Origin: the human T2T-CHM13v2.0 reference genome, Homo sapiens
DNA length: 64,000 bases
Assembly (NCBI RefSeq): GCF_009914755.1
Contig: NC_060928.1
Direction: 5' to 3' (one strand)
Below are positions 48,761 through 62,110 of this stretch, piece after piece (within the stretch, counting starts at the first letter, position 1; every line of letters starts with the position of its first letter). A model generated the notes under the pieces. It saw only the letters and a list, made by a program, of their open reading frames with translations. It did not search any database and was not told the origin of the DNA. A program made the translations under genes and the position numbers.

Positions 48761-49466
48761 CCATAAAGCATGGCTGTAAGTTTTAGAAGTTGGAAAGTAG
48801 TAATTGATCACATGGGTCATGGAAAACTTGTCAAACAGTTCTGATAAAAAATCTGACTTTGATCAGAGCTACATCACAATAATGACATAGATGAGTATAA
48901 ATTAGATACAATAAATGGGTGTCTTAGTTCCTACTCTTCTATAAATACTCAGTGGGGCCATGGACAACCAAGTCACTTATTTATTATTTCTCAACCTCAT
49001 GTACCAAATTTATTCTGATTTCCAACTATAATTTGGCCAATGGGAATGAGTTTTCCCTTAACCACGTTTACCGGTGCTAAATGTTTCAGATATGTACCAT
49101 TTCTGTGTTATTAGTACAGAATCTGGTGAAATCAAATCCTCAGTCTTTGCTTGAGACACCAGATATTTTCAACTATAATGATAGCCAGAACCATAGACAC
49201 ACATTCCAAGATTACAATAATGCTACACTAGAAGACAGTATCAAAAAATACAGTCAGAAATAAAATTTATTATGAACAATTTCTACCTTTAAGCATATTT
49301 TCTTGGCAGTTCTAAGATTATTGTACTTAATATAATAAATTAAAATGAGGGTATGAGAATGCCAATTTGATAAAAGTAAAAATTTAAAAGTTTAAAAAGA
49401 CAACTACTAAAATAATCTATTTTAAAAAGACACAAATATATTATTAGTAATACCATATGACCTCAG

Positions 49467-49822
49467 TGTATTAGTAAATTTTCACACTGCTATAAAGAAC
49501 TTCCCTGAGACTAGGTAATTTATAAAGGAAAGAAGTTAATTGACTCACAGTTCTGCAGGGCTGAGGAGGCCTCAGGAACTTACAATCATGGGGGAAAGTG
49601 AAGGGGAAGCAGGCACCTTCTTCACATGATGGTAGGACAGAGAGAAAAGACCAGGGGAAACTGCCATTTATAAAACCATCAGATCTCGTGAGAACTTCTT
49701 TAGCATGGGGGAAAATGCCCCCATGATCCAATCACCTCCTACGAGGTCTCTCCCTCAACATGTGAGGATTACTGGGGTTACAACTTGAAAGGAGATTTGG
49801 TTGGGGATGCCAAACCATATCA
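49467..49822 (-). mobile_element. THE1D-like solo LTR
   Basis: tgtattagt...caaaccatatca with perfect 5-bp TSD ctcag at 49462-49466 and 49823-49827. Confidence 0.92.
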
Positions 49823-51154
49823 CTCAGCAATAAAAACTAAACAGAAAACACTTGAAATTCTTGCACAAATTTATAATATTTCTAGTGATAAGCTAAAGGG
49901 AAATGAATAAAGCTGTACAAAAACCTAAAACGAGAGACACAGACACTAGCTGCTGGGAATCCCTCAAATACAATGTTAGCCTTTCAATTATTATGCAATT
50001 ATTGCAACTTGTTTAATTAACAACATATTTGAACTGACATGTGGGATATGTATAAAATATACCTCTCGGTGCTATTGAGAAAACTGTCATTTCCAAAGCA
50101 AGAGGAAAATCACTTAAATTGGACTAAATCCTTTGTTAATATTTAACATTCTATTTCCGAGGGAGCCCTAGTGAATATTCAGATGCTTTGATCATCTTCT
50201 TCTGCCCACGAATACACAACATAATTTTCTGTTTGAGATTTGCTTGTGGATATGTTGTTTTACAGGCTGTCAGTTATCCCCCTGACTGGAAGCTAGAAGT
50301 GTGGCTTCAAACTGAGTCTCTGGGAATGTGCAAGAAAATTGGACTCCATGCTCTGGTGTAAGACTTCCAGATGCTGTTCTAGAATTCTTCTGTTCTTTCT
50401 TATTTGAGTATGTCACTTTGAGCTTGCTTGGGTGATGACCACTCACTGATCTCACATTCTCTCATTTATGTGCTTTGGTTTAGTGATTTAAAAACATGTG
50501 TGGGAATTTCATTTAACTAATTAAATAAAATAGGCATTTAATTCATCATTCATTGGTTGTACTTATGGGGAAGACCTTGAAAGGCACACAAATGATTCTA
50601 AAGGGGAAATCTGGCTTAATTATTTATGTTATATATTCTTTCATTCAGTATACCAGGTGAGCTGTCTTATTTAACCAATAGCAACAGAGTGAATGAGTAG
50701 ATTCACACCTAACCCTAGTAATTCTAACCAGTGAAGAAAATTGATTCAAACTGATGGGTTTTCTTTGATATTTGCTGAGAGTTTATGTTCTTTTTGATTG
50801 ACTCACAGATTTTGACAACTGACAACAAATTCACAATAAAAGATATATCTTACTGTCCTGTCTTACCACTTGTTCCAGTATCTTTTTAGTGTCATTTGTA
50901 AAATATTCTGCAGATTGTCTGACTGACATCTTATTTTCTTCCTACCTTTGTAGGGCAAGCAAGGGCAAAAAGTAGTAATGTCTGCTTATTTTATAATAAG
51001 AAAAAACATTATCCATCTCTTTCACTGCACTAAGAATCTCGAAGCTATATGAAAAAGAAACAATTTGACCTATTTTCTATTACTAGCTTGGCAAAATATT
51101 TTGATAAAGTTTGCATTTTGACTAAGTATTAAGGGTAAATAGCAAAAATAATTG

Positions 51155-51602
51155 GAGGAAAATAATATCATCAAAAAATTATTCAGGAAAATTTAATTAA
51201 CTGAAAGGTCAACTCTAGGTTGAACTGACCATCAAAGTGTCCAGCATAGTGAATAAAAATGATCCCAGGCTGAGGGAAATCATGTTAAATTTTAGAACAT
51301 GGAAGGTTAGAAGAAGCTTTACTAAGTTTCATAAATTATTGGGAAAAAGCTCATACTCTTATCAAAAGGATCAACTCTCAAAATGGAAAAATGGCTTCAG
51401 GGTTCAGGCTTCCACAAAGCTAAAAGACAGCAGAATAAAGCCTTCAAAAGACTGAAGAAAATACTTGGTAGGCTGAGGCAGGGGTACCACATGAGCTTAG
51501 GAGTTTAGGAGTTCAGGGCTACAGTGAGCTATGATTGCACCACTGCACCCCAGCCTGCAGCTATGATTGCACCACTGCACTCCAGAGACTCTGTTTCTAA
51601 AA

Positions 51603-51634
<32 letters not shown>

Positions 51635-51780
51635 TACTAAAATTCAGAAGAAAAATAATTTCAGTCTTGAATTTCTTTGTCAGCAAAGCTACCAATAAAA
51701 TGTAAGAGTAAAATAAAGATATTTTTAGACAAGCAAAGTCTCATAAGATTAACTTTCTCATGCTCCCACCTGAAAAAAGG
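51155..51780 (+). mobile_element. Old L1M/HAL1 ORF1-like remnant, interrupted by an Alu monomer
   Basis: aaaattattcaggaaaattt...ccatcaaagtgtccagcatagtgaataaaaat; resumes aaaattcagaagaaaaataatttcagtcttgaatt. Confidence 0.55.
51462..51633 (+). mobile_element. AluJ/FRAM-type right monomer with internal duplications and a (TAA)n tail
   Basis: tacttggtaggctgaggca...ggctacagtgagctatgattgcaccactgcac...; (TAA)n at ~51604-51633. Confidence 0.85.
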
Positions 51781-52424
51781 GGTAACAAAGGATTTGATGT
51801 TAATGAGATTCAATAGCCGAAATCAAGAGGACATGGAAGCCGACTAAGCAGACCCTCCAGCATGTGAGAGCTGTGCTGAGAACGTCAGCATGGCATTAAA
51901 GAGAGAGTCTAGTACAACAAAAGCAAATTAGGAAGTGGAAGAATGAATGAAAATATGAAAAGATTGGGCACGTGTGATAAGCTAAGCTATGGAATGATCT
52001 AAATATGTAAGTATATAAAACAAACAAAAAATAACAATGATAAGAGCCATCCAAGCCCATATTTTAGTTAAAACCACTAAAATGATTTACAATAAAATCG
52101 TATGTATGAATGTGTATGGGGTGAGGAGTTTAAAAAGAGTATGTTCGTTGTTCAAATTAGACTTTCCGGGTATTTTATTTAGAGTTTTGAGATGTTAAGC
52201 AAGATATCAAATTTTTGCATCTTTATTATTGGCCGATGATCCTCATACAAAGCTAATCAATAAATACAAACAGAAGTTTGATTTATCTGCTCTGCTTCAG
52301 TCAAACATGCATTTTCCTTCATGTATACGTGCATCTTCTTTACCTCCCATCAACCCTTCATCCTACTCCAATTAGTCTTCTAAATCTATTGCTTTAATAA
52401 AATTGCTTTGGCTAAGAAAGTAAA

Positions 52425-54332
52425 CTCACTGGTGCTAAATTTAATAGACAGTTTTAAATCCCCATCTGACTTGATGCCTGAGAAACAGAGTGGTTGACAG
52501 TTTACAATGTATTATCTTAGTGAGAACATCTTCAGTCATTTTTAGTCTATGTGGAGTTAAATTGAGGGTCACCCCAGGTCTAGGGGGCAACAGGTAGCCC
52601 AAGCCTGATTAATTGAAGCATATATAACAATATCCTTAGCATCTGTAGTTAATTTGTAGGAGGTCACATGAACTAACTGAATTCCATTAGCATTAATGCT
52701 ACTGATTTTGACTTAGTGACCATGAAGCAAGAAGTTCCTTTTCTACGGACTTCTGAAAAGAATTTGTCAACCTAGAGAATGGATCAAAATATAAAGGACA
52801 AATGCTTCAGTAAGATCTTCATTAACTTGGTTTCTGGCTTCTGTATCCTTCTGCACACCTATTTATTTCTCTGTGCACTGTTACAATGGAGGGTAGAACT
52901 GAAAGTCAGAAAAGGACCAACTGATATGTGTGTGTGTGTGTGTGTGTATGTGTGTGTGTTTTTCTGTCCCTAGATATCACCACACTTGAAGCTATAATAC
53001 AAACATTTCCAAATAAATCCCCTATTTTCTTGAAGTTGTGTTTTGTCTGTTACAAATAAAAATTTTCCTAAATATAATCACTCACCACATTGGAGAGTTA
53101 ACATAACTAAGTAGTTAAGGATGAGAGTTGTAAAGTCAGACTTCCAGTGTCTTTGGTAAAAGGACTAGCTTCTTGAAATTTCAATTATACCACATGTAAA
53201 ATGGTGATAATAATGAAACCGACCTCACATAGTTTTGTAAGGACTGAGCAAGATGAAGTCTATAAAGTGATTAGTAAAGGGCCTGAAACTTGGTAAATAG
53301 TGCAGTTTAGTTTATATTGTTGATGTTATTGCAGCCATTATCATTATTATTATTTTCCATCCTGCTTAAGACATTCTCTTCATTTTCCCTTTGTTGCTCC
53401 ACATTCACGTGGTTTTCCTTTGATGGCTTCTTCTCAGCTCTTATAGAGTTTATTCTAACTTATTTAAAAATGTATATTGATATTTCTCGGGGCTCAGTCT
53501 ATCTTCCCATTTTATCTAACTCTGTACTCTTCCTAGGTTACCTCGTTTATCCTCATGATATTTAATACCGCCCATCCAGATATATGTGTACAAAGCCAAA
53601 CCATTCTGCTGACTGCTGGATTCATGTATTTATCTCTACCATAAGGAATTTACACTTCCATATCTCACAGTGAACAGGAACTTCTTCATACAGCACATTT
53701 GTGATCTCCCTCATTCTTATCTGCTTCTCTTGTAAGGGTCTACATCTCAGCAAGTGGTAATACCATCTACACAGCTCCTTAGACCAAAAAACGCAAGAAT
53801 CACTATTGACACTTTCCTTTTTTTTTACCCTAAATCCAATTAATTGCTGAGTGCTATCAATTCTTCTTTTATTTGTACATGTATTCAGTTCTCTGTATCT
53901 CTGCTATTGTCCATATCTCCACTGTCTTTTTATAACTGTACTTAATTCCTCCAATTTTGATCCTATATCGTCTATTTTCCATATAGACACTAGAATGGCC
54001 TTTCAAAAATAAAAATTAGGTATGTTACTCTTATGCTTCAAGCTGTCAATTTCTTCTCATTTTCCTTAGAATATAGATCCATATCTTTAATGTGATTTAT
54101 ACTGTGCTTCACCAGATTGGCAGTTTTCCACATTTTTATTGACCAAGTTCTTTTCCTGTCTCAGAGACTTTGGCAGGACACTTATTCCCTATGCCTGCAT
54201 GTCTATTCCTGTCCTAGCCATATATCCATCCAGTCATATCCCAAGACTGACTCTATTGTTACAAAGTATTCTGTAACTTTCCATATCTATGATATTTATT
54301 GGGGCCCAATAAATGTTTTCAAATAGATGAAT
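52425..54332 (+). mobile_element. L2 (52425-52500 and 53355-54332) with nested MLT1-like LTR (~52540-53080) and MIR (~53090-53340)
   Basis: L2 motifs ctggtgctaaatttaatagacag... and terminal gcccaataaatgtttt...gatgaat; MIR core tgtaaaatggtgataataatgaaaccgacctcacatag. Confidence 0.65.
52927..52959. repeat. Imperfect (TG)n
   Basis: read directly. Confidence 0.9.
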
Positions 54333-54432
54333 AGCACTTATGTAATGATACTTTGTTGCTTATTATGGCAAATATAAATTGGCAGAAAACACTACTGTGA
54401 CTGATGACTACCACCCACTTCTACTTAGAGTC

Positions 54433-54725
54433 TGTGATGGTTAATTTAATGTGTCATTTTTACCAAGACAGTAGGTGTCTAGATATTTGGTCAAACAATC
54501 TTCTGAGTATTTCTGTGAGAATGTTTTTAGATAAAATTAACGTTTAAATTGGTAGACTCAAGAAAGCAGATAATGTGGGTGGGGCCATAAAATTAGTAGA
54601 AGGCCTGAATAGAACCAAAAGGTGAGCCTTCCTTAAGTAAGAGAGAATTCTTTCCTGCCTGAGTGCCTTCAGACTGGAACATGGACTTCTTGCCTGCCTT
54701 TGGACTCAAACTGAAATATCAGCTC
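54433..54725 (+). mobile_element. MLT2 (MLT2D-like) LTR, 5' part, split by THE1
   Basis: tgtgatggttaatttaatgtgtca...tttggactcaaactgaaatatcagctc; continues at 57033. Confidence 0.85.
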
Positions 54726-57027
54726 CGATATGGTTTGGCTGTGTTTCCACCCAAATCTCCTCTTGAATTGGAGCTCTCATAATTTCTACTTTCATGGGAG
54801 TGACCTGGTGGGAGGTAATTAAATCATGGGGGCAGGTCTTTCCTGTGCTGTTCTCGTGTTAGTGAATAAGTCTCAAGAAATCTGAGGGTTTTATAAAGGG
54901 GAGCTCCCCTGTACACGTTCTCTTGCCTGCCATCATGTAAGATGTGACTTTGCTCCTCCTTTGCCTTACACCATGATTGTGAGGCCTCCCCAGCCATGCC
55001 AAACTGTCAGTCAATTAAACCTGTTTCCTTTGTAAATTACCTAGTCTCTGGTAGTATCTTTGCAGCAATGTGAGTATGAACTAATACAGTAAATTGGTAC
55101 TGAGTAGTGGGGTGTTGTTGTAAAGATACCCAAAAACGTGGAAATGATTTTGTAACTGGCTAACAGGCAGTGGTTGAAATAGTTTGGAGGGCTCAGAAGA
55201 CAGGAAGATGTGGGGAAGTCTGGAACTTCCTAGAGACTTGTTGAATGGCTTTGACCAAATGCTACTCATCTCAAATGGAGATAAGGAACTTGTTGGGAAC
55301 TGGAATAAAGGTGACTCTTGTTATGTTTCAGCAAAGAGACTGGCAGCATTTTGCCCCTGCCCTACAGATCTGTGGAACTTTGAACTTGAGAGAGATACTT
55401 TAGGGTATCTGGTGGAAGAAATTTATAAGCAGCAAAGCATTCAAGAGGTGATTTGGGTGTTGTTAAAAGCATTCCATTTTATGTATTCACAAAGATATGG
55501 TTTGGAATTGGAACTTATGTTTAAAAGAGAAGCAGAGCATAAAAGTTTGAAAAATTTGCAGGCTGATAATGTGATAGAAAATAAAAAACCAACTTTCCAA
55601 GGAGAAATTCAAGCCAGCTGCAGATATTTGCATAAGTAATGAGGACCCAAATGTTAATCACCAAGCCAATGGGGAAAATGTCTCCAGGGCATGCAAGAGG
55701 TCTTCATGACAGCCCCCTCCATCACAAACCCAGAGGCATAGAAGAAAAAAATGGTTTTGTGGGCTGGGCCCAGGGCCTTGCTTCTTTGTGCAGTCTCAGG
55801 ACTTGGTGCCCTGTGTCCCAGCCATGGCTAAAAGGGGCCAACATATAGCTCAGGCCATTGCTTCAGAGGATGCAAGCTCCAAGGCTTGGCAGCTTACATG
55901 TGGTGCTGGGCCTGTGGGTGCACAAAAGTCAAGAATTGAGGCATGGAAATTTCCACCTAGATTTCAGAGGATGTATGGAAATGCCTGGATGTCAAGGCAG
56001 CAGTGTGCTGAAAGGGTGGAGCCCTCATGGAGAACCTCTGATAGGGCAGTGCAGAAGGGAAACGTGGGTGCAGAGCCCCCACACAGAGTCCCCACTGGGG
56101 CACTGCGTAGTGGAGCTGTGAGAAGAGGGCCATTGTCCTCCAGACCCCACAATGATTGATCCACCGATAGTTTCCACTGTGCACCTGGAAAAGCCACAGA
56201 CATACAATGCCAGCTCATGAAAGCCCAGCCAGGAGGTGGGCTCTACTCTGCAAAGCCACAGCGGCAGAGTGCCCAAGACTATGGGAACCTACCTCTTGCA
56301 TCAGCATGACTTAGATGTGAGACATGGAGTCAAAGGAAATGATTTTGGAACTTTAAGGCCTAATGACTGCCCTATTGGATTTCAGACTTGCATAGGGCCT
56401 GTAGTCCTTTTGTTTTGGACAATTTCTCCCATTTGGAATTGCTATATTTACCCAATGCCTGTACTCCCATTGTATCTAGGAAGTAACTAACATGATTTTG
56501 ATTTTACAGGCTCATAGGCAGAAGGGACTTGCCTTGCCTCAAATGAGACTTTGGATTTAGACCTTTGAGTTAATGCTGGAATGAGTTAAGGCTCTGGGGG
56601 ACAGTTGGATGGGCAAGATTGTGTTTTGAATTGTGAGGACATGAGATTTGGGAGGGATCCAGGGTGAAATTATATGGTTTGGCTGTGTCCTCGCCCAAAT
56701 CTCATCTTGAATTGTAGCACCCATAAGTCCCACATGTCATGGTGAAGAATTGGTGGGAGGTAATAGAATCATTGGGGCAAGTCTTTCTCATGCTGTTCTC
56801 ATGATAGTGAATAAGTCTCATGACATCCGATGGTTTTATGAAAGGGAGGTATCCTGAACATGTTCTCTTGCCTGCCACCATGTAAGGCATGCTCCTCCTT
56901 CACCTTCCACCATGATTGTGAGGCCTCCTGAGCCATGTAGAACTATGAGTCAATTAAACCTCTTTCCTTTATAAATTATCCTGTCTTGGGTAGTATCTTT
57001 GCAGCAACGTGAGAATGGACTAATACA
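54726..57027 (+). mobile_element. Full-length THE1 (THE1B/C-like): LTR 54726-55088, internal 55089-56669, LTR 56670-57027
   Basis: direct LTRs atatggtttggctgtgt...ctaataca; perfect 5-bp TSD agctc at 54721-54725 and 57028-57032; MaLR ORF remnant 55184-55639. Confidence 0.94.
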
Positions 57028-57032
57028 AGCTC

Positions 57033-57290
57033 TTCCTGGGCCCTGAGCCTACCAGCCTCCAAATAGGAACTACACCATCTACTCTCCTGATTTGTAGGGA
57101 CCTTAAGACTCAGAGAAATTAAGCCATTCACTCTCCTTGGTCTCCAGCTTGCTGGCTCACTCTGTAGATCTTGGGACTTGTCCATCTTCATAGTCACATG
57201 AGCAAATTCCTTGTAATCTCCTCTCTCTCTCTCTCTCTCTCAGACACAGACACACACACACACACACACACAGAGATATACATACACACA
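57033..57290 (+). mobile_element. MLT2 LTR, 3' part with (CT)n(CA)n
   Basis: ttcctgggccctgagcctacc...gatcttgggacttgtcc...catgagcaaattccttgtaat followed by a microsatellite at 57222-57272. Confidence 0.8.
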
Positions 57291-58638
57291 TAGTTTAAGC
57301 ATTCCAAATCCAAAAATTTGAAATGCTTAAAAATCCAAAACTTTTTGAGTGCTTGAGTGCCATAAGTGGAAAACTCCACACTTGACCTCATATGACATAT
57401 TGCAGTCAAAACACAGGTGAACAACACACAATTTATCCAACATCCCTAAGGGAAAAATACCCTTCCACTATCCCCTTCAGCTTCCATGTATCTTTTCTAC
57501 ATAGCTCAGACTTCCCCACAAAGGGTAATAAAGTAGTATGCACAGGCTGGGCACACCAACAGCAGATTCCCCAAAATACTTCACATAGGGCCAAGACATA
57601 TATGCATTACTCATTGCATTCTTATTATTTTCTGCTCTGTAGCATTAAGATATTGTTGAAAATGTCAAAAAAAAGCCTGCATATACACCTATGGGTAACC
57701 ATGATAAGGAAAAGAGGACGCATTTATGTTTATCTATATCACAGAAAGTCAAACTACTGGAGAAACTGGACAGTAGTGTAAATGTGAAATGTCTTACAGA
57801 AGAGTAAGGTGTTGGAATGACCATCACATATGACCTGAAGAAACAGAAAGATGCACTGTTGAAGTTCTATACTGAAAGTGATTAATGGAAGTTAATAAAA
57901 AATAGAAAAACACTGCATAAAACTAAAGATAAAGATATAAATCCTGTATCGAAGGTGTGAATCTGTCAGCATAACAGAAAAGGCATGCCACTTAATGGTA
58001 GGATAATCATGAAATAAGCAAATATTTATGACAATGAACTGAAAATTGAAGGCAATCATGTATATTCAATAGGCTGGTTGCAGAGATTTAAGGAAAGGAC
58101 CAGCTCTAAATTTTTAAAGATTTGTGGTGATAAACCATCTGCTGATCATAAAGCTGCAGAGAAATTCATTGATGACTTTGCCAAGGTTATTGCTGATAAA
58201 AAAAATCTGATATCAGGACAAGTCCATGATGCTAATTAAACATCATTTTTTGGCTAATTAAAAATCATTATTGCCCAGAAAGACACTGACTACAGCTGAT
58301 GAGAAAGCCCCTATAGGAATTAAAGATGACAAGGACAGAATACCTGTACTGGGATGTACCAATATGGCAGGCATGCGTAAGTGCAAACTTGTTGTGATAG
58401 GCAAAAGCTTGGGTATTTTGTTTTTAAAAATCAAATTTCTAACCAATGTGTTCATATGCTAACAAATAGGCATGGATCACCAGGGACATCTTTTCTGATT
58501 GGTTTAATAAACATTTTGTGCAAGCAGTTTATGTTCACTTCAGGGAAGCTGGACCGGACGATGACTACAAAATTTTTATTCCTTGACAACTGCTCTGCTC
58601 ATCCACAGCTAAAATTCTCGTAACAAAAAGTGTCTATG
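57291..58638 (+). mobile_element. Tigger4 (Zombi) DNA transposon, 5' portion with decayed transposase
   Basis: degenerate TIR tagtttaagcattcc..aatccaaaaatttgaaatgct; from ~57662 broken frames give KRTHLCLSISQKVKLLEKLDSSVNVK (JRK-like HTH), PRKTLTTADEKAPIGIKDDKDRIPVLGCTN and LDNCSAHP (DDE). Confidence 0.85.
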
Positions 58639-61600
58639 GGAGGTGGTGTACCAAGATGGCTAAATGGAAGCCTCCAGCGATCATCTTCCTGGCAGTAACA
58701 CCAAATTGAACAACTATCCATACAAGGAAGCAACTTCACAAGAATCAAAAATAAAGTGAATAACCACGGCACCTGCTTTTAACATCATATTAAAGAAAGA
58801 AACACTGAAAATGGTAGTAAAGACAGTTTTGAATTGCCAACACCACCCTTCTCCCATTTCTGGAAGAGGTCATGTTGCATGCAGAGAGAATCTGTATGCT
58901 TAGGAGAGAGAGATCACAGTGATTGTGGAACTTCACATTGGAACTCAGTGCTGTCCTGTCAGAGCAGAAAGCAACAAAGGAAAGAATTCAGCTGGTGCCC
59001 ACAGAGGAAGCATTTAGGCCAGAGAGGAATCACTCACCCAGTCAAAGAGGAATTGCCCATCATAGCAGTTGAAACCTAAGCTCCAGCAAGCCCTACCACC
59101 AGAGGCTAAAGTGCTCTAGAGTTCTAAGTAAACTTGAAAGGCAGTCTACTCCACAAGGCCTGCAATCCTGGGCAAGTCTTGGTGCTGTGCTGGGCTCACA
59201 GCCAGTGGATTTGGAATGCACATGACCTAATGAGTTACCAGCCAGCGTGGCCAAGGGAGCGCTTGCACCACCCCTTTCCTAAACCCCCTACAATGCAGCT
59301 CACATCTCCAGGAGAGACCCTTTCCTTCCCCTTGAAGCAAGGAGAGGGAAGAGAAAAGAGACCTTTTTCTTACAAACTGGATATCAGTTCAGCCACAGTA
59401 GAATAAGGCACCAGGCAGAATCCTGAGGCCCCTATTCCAGGCCCTATCCCCCAGCAACACTTCAAGACATACTCTTGGCCAGAGGGAACCTGCTTCCTTG
59501 AAGGTAAGGATCCAGTCCTGGAACGATTTATCACCTGCTGTCTAAAGAGCCCTGGGGACTTGAATAAACATCATTGGCACCCAGACACTTCTCACCATGA
59601 GCCTTGGGTGAGATCTAGAGCTGTGCTAGCTTCAGTTATGACCCAGCACATTCCCAGGTGTGGTGGCCATGGGAAGAGACTCCTGCTTGAGGAAAAGAGA
59701 GGGAAGAGTAAAGAGGGCTTTGTCTTGCATCTTGGGTACGAGCTCAACCACAGTGGTATAGAGCACCAAGTGGGCTCCTGGGATCCCTGATTTCAGGGCT
59801 TATACCCTGAATGGCCCTTCTAGACCCATTCTTGGCCAAAATGGAGCCCATTGCCTTGAAGAGAGAGACCCAGGCCTGATAGTATTCACCAGAAGTTGAC
59901 TGACTGAAGAGCCTTTGGGCCTTGAGTGAACATTGGTGGCAGCTAGGCAGTAATTACTACAGGCCATGGGAAGAGACTCATTCTGTATAAGGAAAATAGA
60001 GAGAAGAATGGGAATAACTTTATCTTGTAGCATGAGTGCCAGCTCAGCTGTGGTAGAATAGAGCAACAAGTAGATTCCTAAGGTTCCTGACTCCAGGCCC
60101 TACTCCCAGACAGCATTCTGGGACCTGCCGTGGGCCAGAGGGGAGCTTACCACCCTGAAAGATAGGACACAAGGCTGGCTGAATTCTCCACCTGCTGATT
60201 AAAGAGCCCCTGAGCATTGAGTGAACATTGGCAATAAACAGGTGGTGGTCACCACGGGCCTTGGGTGAGACCCAGAGCTGTGATGGCTTCGGGTCTGATG
60301 CAGCACAGTTCCAGTGGTGGTGGCCACAGGGGTGCTTGGCCCCCCCCTCCCCAGATGGGTACAAACAAGCACAAACTGTGAAGACTACAACAAACACTTA
60401 ATTCTTCAATGGCCAGACACTGATGTACATCCACAAGTATCAGCACCATGGAGAAAAATATGATCTCACTAAATGAACGAAATAAAACAGTGACCAATCC
60501 AAGCATGACAGAGATATGTGATCTTTCAGACAGAAAATCTGAAATAGGTGTTTTGAGGAAGCTCAAGGAAATTCAATGTAACCCAGAAAAGGAGTCCAGA
60601 ATCCTATCAGTTAAATTTAACAAAGAGATTGAAATAATGTTTAAAAACCAAGCAGAAATTCTGAGGCTAAAAATTCAATTGGCATACTAAAAATGCATTA
60701 GATTCTCTCAACAGCAGAATTGATCAAGCGGAAGAAAGAGTGAGTGAGCTTGAACTCTGGCTATTTAAAAATACACAGAGGAGACAAAAGTAAAAAGAAT
60801 ATTTAAAAAAATGAAGCACACCTACAAGAGGAATAAAATAGCCTCAAAAGGTCAAATTTAAGAGTTATTTGCCTTAAAGGAAGTAGGAAGAGAGATCAGG
60901 GTGGAAAGTTTATTCAAAGGGAACTTTCCAAACCTAAAGAAAGGTGTCAATATTTAAGCATAGGAGTCAAATGTAACTACAATTAGATTTAACCCAAAGA
61001 CTACCTGAAGGCATTTAGCAATCCAACTCCCAAAGTTCATGGATAAAGAAAAGCTCCTAAAACAAACAACAAGGAAACAAATAGCAAATAACATAGAAAG
61101 GAGCTCCAATATTTCTGGCAGCAGACTTCTCAGTGGGAAACTGACAAGCCAGGAGAGAGTGGCGTGACATATTTAAAGTGCTGAAGGAAAAATATTTTCA
61201 TTCTAGAATAGTTTATTCAGTGAGAACATTCTTTAAATGTGAAAGAAAATTAAATATTTCCCAGACAAACAAAAAATTGAGAGGTTTTATAAAAACCAGA
61301 CCTTTTCTATAAAAAATGCTAAAGGGAATTCTTCAATCTGAAAAAAAAGGATGTTAGCAAGCAATAAGAAATCATCTGAAGGTACAAAACTCACTGGCAA
61401 TAGTAAGTACACAAACACAGAATATTATAACGCTGCATTTGTGGTGGATAAACTAATCATATCTTGAGTAGAAAGACTAAAACATGAGTCTACCAAAAAT
61501 AATAACTACAGCAACTTTTCAAGACACAGACTATATAATAAGATATAAATAGATACAACCGAATTTAAAAAGATAGGACACAAGCCTGGCTGAATTATCA

Positions 61601-61812
61601 ACCTGCTGATTAAAGAACCCCTGGGCATTGAGTGAACATTGGCAATAAACAGGTGGTGGTCATATGGAGGATGACATAAGTGTATAGTTTTTATTACTGC
61701 TCTCTTTGCTTTTTTGTTAGTTTTTTGTTTGTTTTTGTAATCAATGTTAAGTGGTCATCAGTTCAAAATAATGGGTTATAAGATGTTAATTGCAAGCCTC
61801 GTGGTAACCACA
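58639..61812 (+). mobile_element. Old L1 (L1M1/L1MA-type) 5' half: multimeric 5'UTR, decayed ORF1 (~60410-61357), inter-ORF spacer
   Basis: starts gggaggtgg...caagatggc; ~300-360-bp repeated UTR units; ORF1 remnant TEICDLSDRKSEIGVLRKLKEIQ. Confidence 0.85.
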
Positions 61813-62059
61813 AATCTGGTTGTTTAAAAGTGTGTAGCACCTCACCCTTCGTGCTCTCTGCATTCTGATCCAGTATGTGAGATGTGCCTGCTTCCCCTTT
61901 GCCTTCTACTATGATTATATGTTTCCTGAGGCTTTTCCAGCCACACTTTTTGTACAGCCTATGGAACTGTGAGTCAATTTTCTCAATAAATTATCTAGTC
62001 TTTATAAATTATCCAGTTTCAGATAGTTCTTTATAGCAATGCAAAAACAGACTAATACA
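61813..62059 (+). mobile_element. MST (MSTA-like) LTR, 3' part only
   Basis: atctggttgtttaaaagtgtgtagcacctc...tgtacagcctatggaactgtgagtcaatt...cagactaataca. Confidence 0.85.
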
Positions 62060-62110
62060 ATAGCCAAATCCATTCTGAGAAAAAAGAATAAAACTGAGGA
62101 AAGTACATTA
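62060..62110 (+). mobile_element. Short L1 ORF2 (post-RT) fragment
   Basis: atagccaaatccattctgagaaaaaagaataaaactgagga = IAKSILRKKNK. Confidence 0.7.

Noticed and set aside
59300-60330. Three ~300-360-bp diverged tandem units
   Set aside because: Explained by the multimeric 5'UTR of L1M1/L1MA-type elements; not a new array.
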